64,000 nucleotides of DNA from Ophelia neglecta (Eukaryota). Positions within the stretch are counted from its first letter, which is position 1. Every line of letters begins with the position of its first letter. Under the pieces are notes generated by a model. That model worked only from the letters and a program-made list of their open reading frames with translations. It ran no database searches and was not told where the DNA came from. The position numbers and the translations under genes were made by a program. The stretch lies in contig OZ260661.1 in NCBI GenBank assembly GCA_965285935.1, positions 127,534,001 through 127,598,000 of the forward strand. Direction: 5' to 3'. This document shows, one piece after another, positions 41,786 to 53,425 of the stretch.

Positions 41786-43645
41786 TCAATTCAATTTCAA
41801 TTTCAACGGTTTATTGTTACTAAATAAAATAAAGAAGAACAATGAAACATAATGTATAAACGTAACAATAAGGCGAAGCTGTAACACAGCTTATTTGCCT
41901 GAGCTATATAATAACATAATATTAATAATATATAAATATATAAGGGAGAGAAACAAAAAAGTGCAGAAAAGGAGAAGAAAACACGTACACAGGGAAGAAC
42001 TAACAATTCGAAAAATTCACATTGGTATTGATATTGATATGCATATTATATACGTAGACTAGTAACAAAATATAACCAGGCCGACGCTGTCGGGGGGCCG
42101 ACAGCAAGGGGTATATCCGCGAATGCGTGCAACAATCGAATGGGCAACATGGCATAAGGCGAGGTAGTGAATATGGTAGTTCCCACTTGGCACAACAGAT
42201 AACGACCTTAACTAAATTCTAAGTTCTGCCCAGGTCATTAATAAAATTGAACTATAGTTGACTTATAACCCAGAACTAGTAAACGTATTTCATAGATTGA
42301 AGCAGGTTCTATCTGACCTCAATAATAATGCAAGTCATTCTTAAAGTTGGTGTCACATGACCTCAAAAATAATGCAAAACGACCCATTTTTTTTCAGGTC
42401 ATTAATAAAGTGAACTAGTGAAACTATAAGTAGGTTCCATAAGATCTCACTAACAATGCAAAACAACCTTGACCAAATTTTTCCCAGGTCATTAATAAAG
42501 TTAATAAAGTTAACCAGTCAACCTATTACACACATTGTAGTAGGTTCCATATGACCACAATAATAATGAAAAAAAATGCCTTAAATAATTTTTTCCAGGT
42601 CATAAATAAAGTTAACTAGCCAACCTATTACACAGTACCAGTTAACTTGTTACACAGATTGTAGTAGCTTCAATATAACCGCAATAATAAGGCAGGTCAT
42701 TAATATAGTTGGTTCCACATGACCCCAAGAATAATGTAAGAACAATGCAAAACCACCTTAACTATTTTTTTTCAGGTCATTTATAAAGTTAACCAGTTCA
42801 TTATATCAACCAAATGGTTTTTGAGTTGTCGCGTTAACGACTAAAATCTGCGGAGGCGGCGGCGGCGGCGGTGCCACTGAAAACATAATATCCGCACCTC
42901 GCGGATATAAAAATACACTACAGTTCCAATAGCATACATTTAATGAGATATTTGAAACTTAAGTAAGAGATGCTGTAGTCTACAGCATCGTCTCAGTTAA
43001 AGATAAGTGTTGCCTGGTATTTTAAGCAGTTTTTACATGCATCATATATGACTTGTTCAACATGGAGATTGGCATATTGCCTGGTGAAATATGTATGAAT
43101 GTCAGAATTGAATGAGAATAGATTTGTAATAACTGAGGGAGCAGTCTTATTGATTATCTTATGAAGAAATAGATGGACATTGTAGGTATGAAGTTTAGGA
43201 AAAGGAAGAGTTTTAAGTATATGGAATATGCCATCGGTATCTAGTCGGCGGTTAGCTCCAAAAATAATACGAACTGCCTTCCTCTGGAGCCTGGTCAGGG
43301 AATCAAGATATGTAGAGTGAGTATTCCCCCAAATCTCTATACAGTAATTGAGATAGGGATGGATAAATGAGTAATAAAGATCTTGGAGTGTTTAAGTAGT
43401 AAAGAATTTTCGTGCTCTACATAAAATACCTATACCCTTAGAGACCTTGTTCTTAATGAGACTAATGTGATGATGATAGTTAAGATGCTCATCAATTATA
43501 ACTCCAAGAAAACGTGTTTCAGATACTCTGGAGATGATCTCATTGTTAATAAGTATATGGTGAGAAGGATCTGGGATCCCCAATGGTATTCCTTTTGATA
43601 TGGATAATAGAAAGTGATATTTTTTTATAGTTGTTGTGAACATCA
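41786..43645 (-). mobile_element. 5'-truncated CR1-group (Crack/L2-like) LINE 3' fragment, interrupted by a Helentron-like element
   Basis: The post-RT region reads ETRFLGVIIDEHLNY...KVSKGIGIL...FTT*TLQDLYYSFIHPYLNYCIEIWGNT...RLQRKAVRII, with one in-frame stop at 43392-43394. There is a 3' hairpin AAGCTGT-AAC-ACAGCTT (41876-41892), AATAAA (41810-41815) and a TTGAA(A)-type repeat tail (41786-41806). Confidence 0.85.
42074..42911 (-). mobile_element. Non-autonomous Helentron (HINE/DINE-1/pearl-like) element
   Basis: 11-bp subterminal inverted repeats TATATCCGCGA (42112-42122) and TCGCGGATATA (42899-42909). A partial third copy forms a hairpin at 42888-42908. Terminal stem-loop GCTGTCGG-GGGG-CCGACAGC (42086-42105), a (GGC)n microsatellite at about 42850-42871, about 7 degenerate core repeats CAGGTCATTAATAAAG, and AA/TT flanks. 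Confidence 0.85.
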
Positions 43646-46600
43646 GAAAAGAAATTCAGGTAATTCAGAGTTTAGCGAATACTATATCGGGTTGATCCCT
43701 TGTAAATGTTTCTATCTTCGAAAATCAATTCCATGGACAAAGTGTAGAAACCGATACTGAAAATTGCAGTCCCGATTATGTGATTATATGTATATATCAT
43801 CAATATGCAACCTTATTTCGATTAGTTATAAGGGAAGCAGCTACTTTGTTTTAAATTCCTTTATTTCGTCTGTGGCATATATCATATAGCCTATGGTGCG
43901 CTGGTGTGCTGTCCATTAACAATGTCTGCCCGCTGCCAGTCTTTGAATGGCAATGCCTAGGCTCGGCAGTCAAATACTGGCACCTCATGAGAATAAGTTT
44001 AAGGCTATATATTCCGGTGGAAAGTCCTAGTTGACCATATTAACCTAATGGTCTATAAACATGAACAATAGTTGTCGTACTCTTAAGACAAATAACTGTG
44101 CACATACACACCTATCAGTTGGAAGCACAGCCTGCATTATACACAGTAATAATCCAATGTCAGTTAGCGCTGAAGCAGTCTGCACCGTCACTCAAGAGGC
44201 AAACATTGACAGGTCCACGTACAATGTGGTGAACTGGAGATTTTTACCTTATTGAGCATAACCAATCTGTGCGATTTTCTCGGCTAGTGTGGTGTTCCCT
44301 GAATTCTCGGGAAAGATACCAGTACTACAACATGAACGCTGCCGTCAGGAATGCCAAGTCTTGACAACTTTTAAAGACGGATGTTCTGTATATTGCTAGC
44401 AGCAAAGCACCGGAATGAAGATTTTTAAAGGTGCGCCAACGGAATTGAGTTAAATTTGTTTTGCTACAGATGAGTCAATGATTTGCTGATTTTGGTAAAT
44501 ACATGCACCAAATGTAGATAAAAGAATTCAGGGTTGAATCAGGTATTGTACTTTCCAGGGCTTTACTCAACCGGAGACTTCAATGCGGGAGTCTCCCTTA
44601 ATAGTAGCACTCGATGCATTATATCATTAACGTTGTCGGGATGATTATAATCACATATCAAAATGAAGACCGGAAGAAAACTAAAAGCTTACACATTTAT
44701 CCATGAGTTTGTTCGATTGTTTACTGTTTGGCATTCAAAATAGTGGTTCACTAATACATAAAGATAATATTTTCATAATTTATTTTTATAAAACATAATT
44801 TGAACACTACAAAAGTAGTATTTCATTAGATAGCATTTGCATAACACACCAATGGTGCTAGATATTGTGTCAGCTTAGTGATATTGTTTTAATGCGATAA
44901 AAACCGGAAAGATGGCGTCTTTGTGAAAATAAATTATTGAAATATAATTATATTATTTATAATTATAAGATATTCATATTCAATACACATTAAACCACTT
45001 TTTATATGGCAAAAATAAACATCAAGGTCTCCTGTAACAATTATATTGAATTTTATCAGGAAATATTGATTTAGAAATCAGTTAAAGAGCCTAACTGTTA
45101 CAAGGACTTTAATATGCGCTGCACGAATATGTCAGTATTGTCTGTGATTGCGAAGCTTCCCTTTAGCTTGCATGTGATAAAAGTAGACCAGACTCTAGCG
45201 AGATGTCCTTCTACATTTGCACTGTAAGGATGAATGTATCATAAATGATGCCATCAATCAATTACATTCTTGCCAGTACCACCACCCCACTACGCAGGAA
45301 TTACATTGAACGATTCGAACGATTAGGCTCGACACGTTTCCATCAGCTCGAGTTCAAGTCCATGATTGCGGATTGCCCTATAAATTATCAAAAATTGAAG
45401 GAGGGATAGTATTGGTTAGGTTTGCGCTGGTTTTGTGTGACTTGTCGACGTTAATGTAAACAGAAAAAACAACCCGAACAGTTTATGTACTTCAATAGAG
45501 ACAATATTCAAGAAAAAAAATTGGGTGTATTTGATTCATTTAAGAAATGGACATTGTACAAATTGTTTGGTATTCTCCGAAATAATCTAACGAACGGGCC
45601 ACCCTGTAACAATTCAATTCCAATCCAAACGAAGGATTGCATCACTGGCCAAAAGGAAATTGCCAGAACTGCAATAAAACACCGACCCGCTTTCACAGGT
45701 TCTTTCTTATTCTAGCACAATGACGATGAATTTCCTCATTTCTGGCCAAGTACTCGGTGTGTTCAGTTCAGTATATTATGCAAGAATTTAATGCAATGCA
45801 TGCCTGTGTTAGAGAATTTTTTGCAAACATTTATATTACAATATTTTTTTTAATAGATTTTATTATTAATATTAAGGTTTCCTTATCATTTTAACAAGAG
45901 AAATAACGACTGAGATCATCCATCCAGACGTTGGTGTTTGGTTTGATTTCATAACCCCCCCCCCCATGTTCCGGCGCCATCACCAAATCTACACAATCAT
46001 CCGTCCCCCATCAGCGAGTTGTTTGATCATATAACCGACCCTACGTGCAGCATTACAAATTGGCCCCGTCCCCCTGGAGAAATGGAATCAGAGCCCTAGT
46101 TGATTTGTGTCGATGTGCTTTATCCACCCTTGTTTAGCATCAGCTGTCCTGCATCCATGCAAGGGTGAACTGCAAAAGTTGTCTCAATACAGGAAGCTGT
46201 TTACACATAAATATTAATAATGGGCCCATGTGTCACAAGTGTAAACCACACACTCCAAAATATTGTTTCTGTCACTTGCTATGTATCCGTTTTCTAATAT
46301 TAAGGATAACACTATCTCCAATTTAGATATGGTAAATAAGGAATATATAACTTAAGGAATGAGCATCGTGTTGGCTCCTATGAGAATAGCGATCACTATT
46401 AATATCCTGTTTATGACAAAAATGAACACAAGTCTCCATAAACGAACTGATCAGGTCAACTATATTACATACAGACATATAAGACTGTGTCCAGTTCTTT
46501 GGTACTGTATCAGAATATTGAGTTTGTGTGGGTGTACACTATCTTGGTAGTTACAAACACTGTCATTTCAATATAGTAAACCCAATACAGCCTGATGTTT

Positions 46601-48539
46601 TGCACAATTATAATGGACGTTTCCATAATATGGATGATGCTTTGTATAGGGGATATCCACTACAGCGTTTTTTTTTAAATATAAAGGCGTTGTCGCGATC
46701 GGCAATAATCCAACTTGATTAAAATCGTTTGTCATACCACATTCTACCGAACGGTTCAAATAAAACTGCTCTTTAGCAATTTAGCTAGTTTTGTCAACAC
46801 AGGATTCGGAAACATTTATACTCGTCTCTATCCCGAAGAGTATTTGATAATTGGAGGTTTTTCCCATAATCTCATAATAAAACTATATTGTTTAATTAAT
46901 TTTTTCTGACGAAGAAAGGATAAATAGTTCATGTGGAATATTTATAACCGCTAATGATAACAAGTTTTTTTTTAAATTACAGCTTTAAGATTGGTTTGAT
47001 CATATAATCGGAAACTTTCTAATTGCCACTTTTGCTAATTTAAAGGCGAAACACTAGGAAAATAAAGCATTTTTATAAAACATCTATGAATGAATAGCGC
47101 CCAAGTAGACCACATTATATTCCTATTCTTATGAATCTTCAAGTAAAGCTTCAAGTCAAGTATGTTCAATGTGACCAATAGATTGTCTAACCAAGCGAAT
47201 AGCTGAACCTATAGCATAGAAATAGTCTGCATTTAGAATAAATCAAAATTCTCAACGTGTTTCATGTTTGACTTCTTGAACTGGAAATGATTATGTCTGT
47301 CCTAATTGATTTATTTTATTGATGAGTGCTCAGTTGCAGCAGTCCCCAGATTTGGAGATTAAAGGCTGATGAATTCATATCAATACTGGTTTTCAAATTG
47401 CGTGCAATTCGTGGCTCAAACGGCCCTGCGCGTTAACAGGGGATTGGAGTAGCTAGCCTTAGCCAACCGGTAGCCGAACATTGTACCACCACCCGAAGGG
47501 GGAGGGGGAGGGGCTGTTTAGGGCAAGTGGGTAGGGATGGGGGTGGGGTTTTATAGTTTGATAGGCGGCCGTATTACTCTTATCGCTGCTGTTTGATCAT
47601 AGCATAGTGGAAAATGACGAAATAACTTAGAGATTAAACGCAAGCATCACAAGAAGCTAGTGCCTCATAGTTTTTTTTATCAATGTCAAGTTAATTATCC
47701 CAATAAATCCCTAGGATTGTCTTCACTATACCATTTGGTCTTAGGATATTACAATGATTAGTATGTATGATGAACCTAAAACTACAAAAGTTGCGGACGA
47801 ATGCGAGCTTTTTAATAAAACACAAAAAATGCGGATGTGTAAAACCAGGTTTGTATCAGTGCGCCAAGGTTTATATTATCTTTTTCGTAATAACTTTTAT
47901 GCGAGTTTATTCATGTATTTTTGTTGCTCATTGTTAAGCATATGGTAACTTTCTGCTAATACTATGACTCAGTAACTGCATCATACCTTGATGACTATGG
48001 CTTATATTATAGGAAATAATTTGCATTATTTTAGAAGCTATTTTAATATCTAAGGACTTTTCTAGTCAGTTTTGGAACTGAAATGAATTTTCCTTCTTTT
48101 GTTTTCTACAAGGAGATCCGCAATCCATTAGGTGCTATGATAGCAATTTTAACAGTAATTGTGCAGATTTTCGCTAGGATACACCACAAACAAATTTAGC
48201 ACCCAATTAAATAATTGTAATTGTAATTATTCAATCCTTTAAAATCATTTCAACGATTTTTTCTATACACTTTTAATTCGGCGTTAAAGAAACAACTAAG
48301 AAATATATATCAGTGAAATGTCTGCGATGATCAAGCTTTTCACACGAGCCGTTAATGGCCCAGTCTCCTCATTCCATTGTTTCTTGAATAACACATGCAC
48401 ATCCCCCATAGGCTTAAACTGGTATAATCTATTTTACCCTCTTTCTGTGTGCATTTATTTCCCTGCATACCACGAAAGTACGGGTACGGATCATGTAAAG
48501 TCGCTAAGGCCAGAATGAAATATTGTGTGTTACAGCTAA

Positions 48540-48600
48540 CCAAATCGTTTTTCAAGAATAGTCGTTCCCGAAATCACCAGGGACCAGCAGCCACAGACAG
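48540..48600 (-). repeat. Repeat family A, copy 7 (short)
   Basis: Reverse complement CTGTGGCTGCTGGTCCCTGGTGATTTCGGGAACGACTATTCTTGAAAAACGATTTGG matches the shared block. Confidence 0.6.
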
Positions 48601-51600
48601 TAAATAAAAATGATGCCAAAGAGATAACAAAACAAACGAGACAAAGTAGGATATTGACTATCCATATCATTCACCTGGTCGGGCATGCAATGTATATATA
48701 TTAAGACCCTTTATTCGGCCGTTTTGCCTATTGATATGCCAACACACGCCTGACAAATCCTTCGAAAGTCAATCGGTAGTTATGAAAGTAAACAGGTACT
48801 AATGTAAACTGAGTTGTGATAACGATATCGGTATAATATTATAAGACGCCCCAAGATATACGACAATGTCGCCAAGACGTCTACATTTCTAATTGCATTA
48901 TAAAATGGTCATCCAAATGGCATCCTGGTACTCTGTAGCCTTGGATTTCAGGTATTCCATAAACCTCTATAGATGTGAATCATATTTTTCATGACAGTCC
49001 AAAGCCAGCTCGGGGCCTGGATAAAACAGTAGTCAAACCCTGTACGGATTTAGACTTAAGTTTATTGATTGAGTCTGCTTGACGGCGCCATCTTACTTAT
49101 TCGTGCAAATTCTTACAAAACTTTATTGATTAGACTTTTCTATGTGCTCATGCTATGCGTTCTTCCCCCACATTAAAGTTTACAGCACACTGTTTAAGCG
49201 GGCACTAGAAATATCCAACGGATTTTTCAATTTGGAAGCCAACTAATTCAGTTGGCTTACTCATATCAAGGTTGGCAAAACTTTTGTTCTTGTGTACTTA
49301 ATGTACGTCAAACATTTGCTAAGCTTCAGATACACTGTTTTTATCATAATAGTCGTGTATTAGTAAAACATGGCTTATGTAACGACATTGGAGTAAGTTA
49401 ATTACAGTCTCTTTTTCAGACGGGCAGGCGGCAATTTGTGAAATAATGTGTATTTGTTGGTATTTGTTGTTGGTAAGTCCAATTCCTTGCACCCCCCCCC
49501 CCCCCCGACCGACCCCTAACACCCACAGTTGTCTTTATTAGTGTATGGAGACTGCAATACATATGGAGGGTGATAAGGTTTATTTATGTAAAACTATTTA
49601 ATTATAGTGTACTTATTTGTAATTTTTTATGTCAGCCCAAAAGAGTCTTACACAGAAAGTAGCATTATACAGCTAAGCAATACCAAAGACATTAATAGAT
49701 ATGTTGTCCGAGGCCACAGCCTTTTTGTCTACAATGTACAATTCTATGAGCCAAGCCAAAACAAATTTGACAAGTATGTCCACATACATCGAGGAATATC
49801 GAAGAACGTGGAATACAAAACACTTAAGCTCACTGTGGGAGAGCAGCTGAGGCTCCATATCTATACCCACCACTTACAAAGGATTAGCAATGAGTTGCTT
49901 AAAGTAGAGGATGGACTAAGGCTGAGCCAAATGCACAGATTCGTCTTCAACTTTCTTTGTGTTTAATTCACTGCCGGATACTAGTGATATTTACAGATCC
50001 TTTGCCTACTTTATTACGGTTTCTGTTTCTATGTTTAAAGCGGCAATTAATGAAGAAGGAAAAAAGAAAGCAGTAAATACGTAATGATGATATCAATAGT
50101 TTTGCCTCTACAGAAATAAATCAGAATAGATATGATTTGTCTCTTTCCTTTTGGGCATGTACAGTTATTTAGAAATATTCAGTAAATTATGTCCTCAAAC
50201 TAAAACACACATGATTCAATAGGAGGCTTGATGCATCGCCCTCATTTAGGTGCTCTTCGTTATTTACATAACACGTCTACATAACCCTAGATTCAGAGGT
50301 CAGGTACTGTGGCTAAAATTACCACAGCTAAACTTTTCATAATGACTAGGTAGCATTTGTTATCTAAAACACAGTGTTGGATGCTTATTTCGAGACGAGT
50401 CGCCTTTGTCAAGTCGTGCTTTTCTGTCTATTTAAATTTAAAAAAAACTTAGTCCCGGGCCTTTACTATAGTCACAAGTAAATATTCGACCAATTTATCT
50501 GAGTATACATTTTGAGGTCTTGGACTCCATTATGGTTTTATCAGACTAAAATAGAGTCAATGTACGATTAATAATTATCTAATTGACTGTTCTAGTTCTG
50601 GTTGCCATTGGTTTTACCTATGTACAGTAATAGAATTTCTGGCTTTGAGCTCCTTATCGCTAACATTATGGCTAGACGCCTTGTGTAACTGATCCAAGAT
50701 TATATTACATTATACGTTTCTTATGTACCTGTACAGTCACAATAAAATTCGGTTGTTTAACGTAACCGATTAAACATTGTGTTGCATTATTGAGAAGATC
50801 CAACAGCAATTACTGTATCTGGCTTTCTTCCATTTAATGCTTACCTTTGAAAGACGTTTTGTCTACTAGTGAAGCCATTTTAGCGTAAACTGACATATTT
50901 TTGAATCACTGAAAAACAGCACTGAGGCACATTATTACGGCCAAAAGATGAGATTATCTAATGTGTCAGATGGTGTAACTTTGCTAATCAGAATTATAAG
51001 TTATGTACTTAATGGATGTTCCTGATGCTATACGAAAGTTTTACATCTTACAAGCAACAATTTGTTGGTATCGATCCACCAGTAAGTGAAATCACTGAAG
51101 GCTTTTTAAAGTAGAATCATGATGGAACCAAGATAGACAATACAGAAAAACCTTTCTGACAACTTCAACTGCAATTACCCATTCATAATGGGGAACCTGC
51201 GATAAGCTCATTATCTCCCTGTGAGGTTTGCTTTAGTATAAAATTTAATTTAGATAGCATAATGGACCAAAAACTTCGTCTGCTTAATACTGCCGATAAT
51301 TTATTAATGTATTTATTGCGCACCCAGCACAGAGTAGAATGATGACGAGTGTTTTATTTTATTGTGTAGCGATACTACACTCAAGCTGCAATTTCAATAA
51401 ACGTATGCAGGCCTCTGGCTTACTAGAAAATAGATCGGAACTGCGATATTAGTGTTTGCTTTGCTATCTAAATAATACGGGTATTCCCGGGGCAAGGCTA
51501 TCCTAAAACGTGATCATCGTACATTCATCGTAAAAACATTAAGATGCATGTATAGGTTCCTCGCGCTTAATTTTTTCCTTCCATAAAATATTTTGACATA

Positions 51601-53425
51601 CTTACTATTTACGCTGTACATGGCTAGTTTCCTTAATAAAATTGTTTCCTTCCATCTCGTTTGAAATAAGCGGCAAATTACGTCAAACATTTCTAATAAA
51701 AGAAACAGGTAGGTTTGTGTTTACCAGGAGAAGATGGCCTCTAGCCATGTGATGTGTAGAAATGTTAGTTCAAATTGCATTTGCGGGGCTGGTGTTTTCG
51801 TTCTCATGTGGACTGAGGACCGATTAAATGCAATTATTTTTGGAAACTTAATTTGATTTTTTTGGTTGATATGGAATGCGGTCTTTCTCTCTTGTTGATT
51901 AGTAGCCGCTTTCTATTAATTAGTTAGATCGAATCGTCCGCTAAATTCGTTAAATTTGCACTTTCGAAAACAAAACGCAAACATCATACAATTTTAAAAG
52001 TTTTCCGCCGTTCAAGGCAGATGGCAATTTTTGCAAACCTCAGTTTCAATATACAAAAAATGTGGCTGGGAATTACTCGTAGCCGACTTTTTTCCTATAG
52101 ATATCCGTTTCGACATTTATGATTACAATGGGTTCATGGATCAAGCAACATCTCAAAAAGTTAGCTTGAATAAGCCTGCCAAAACTATCAAATGCAGAAC
52201 ACTTTTTTTCCTTTTATTTTCTGTCGCATATTAAGAGTAAGAAAAACATATGCCATAAATATTCATTGGTAAGCCTTTCCGATGGCCTCATTTTCAATCA
52301 TCAGGGGCTGGCGTATCGTGAACGTTTTTGTTAATATACATTTGATCATTTGTGTGAGGCATTCTAAAGCCTGTTTAGTTATCAACGGTGAACATGTTCA
52401 CTTGATAACCACGAACAAATGGTCATTGCATTAACCATTCCTTTGAATTTGGACAACTATAATGGCGTTTTCGTTTCCACAGATATTAGTTTGTCTGCTG
52501 GGTATTCTGTGGCGGTGGGCATATAAATAGTAGTGTCGAAAAACAATGCGCGGTTATTAGATTTTGCCTGCCAATAAAGCTGCTGAAATGTTATATGAAT
52601 TTCTGGGACAGGACATCATTGGAATAGTCGACACAATATTTACTACGCTAAACCAAATTTGAATTATTCGAATAAACCTTTGTTTCAATTTTAATAATAT
52701 GCCACAGCAGTTTACAATAATGTTAATAAATAGGTCCTTTGACTTCGATTGTCATGTTCGTGTCCCTATGTAACTTACACTGTAATTGACTTTTTTAAAA
52801 TGTAAAATAGCAAAGCTCAACAGTTTTTTTTTTATAGATATTAAGGAATTGTCTACGAAACATAAACTATCGGACTATGCAAATATTATCGACACTTTTC
52901 ATGATTGAATGCATTTGTAAATAATCAACCACAACCAGGCAAACAGCTTGCTCGTTATGAATGAAATGTTGCGTACTATTTGCAGATATTCTGAATTTAT
53001 TACTATACTAGCTAGTTCCTTGTTCGGATAATTCTGGGTTCACTTATCAATCAGTGCATAATATTATGATTTTGCAGCAGAAATGCGTTTCCAGTGGTTA
53101 ATATAAGTGTTTCAATCATTTCATAATGTTTGCTATTAGCCTCAATTGATATTTTATATTCAACCGGCTACCTTCCTTACAATACACAAACTGTTCTTTA
53201 GTAGATGTTGGATCAGTCATTTCACATCAATAACATTGGAAGAGAAATGTGTCATGTTCTATTTCACGCATTAATGATACTAATAGCTTGAATATTAGTT
53301 ACGTGTTCCAATGTGCTAAGTTTTGATTACCTTATACGTTGGTTACCTTGAAGAAGCTATTTGAGTAATTAATTACGTTTTATGTTTTAAATATGCCGTA
53401 CATTGATAGTTTATTAACTCAAGTT

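Noticed and set aside
42231-42790. CRISPR-like repeat array
   Set aside because: The repeats are degenerate, the intervening sequences resemble one another, there are no cas genes and the context is eukaryotic. It is explained as the Helentron core repeats.
49607-49966. 119-aa ORF or LINE C-terminal remnant
   Set aside because: No diagnostic motif on either strand beyond a weak VEDE match.
771-52234. Most 60-140 aa ORFs in the track as protein-coding genes
   Set aside because: No recognisable domains, many start at non-ATG codons, and they are consistent with chance ORFs in AT-rich eukaryotic DNA. Exceptions are the LINE fragments listed as features.
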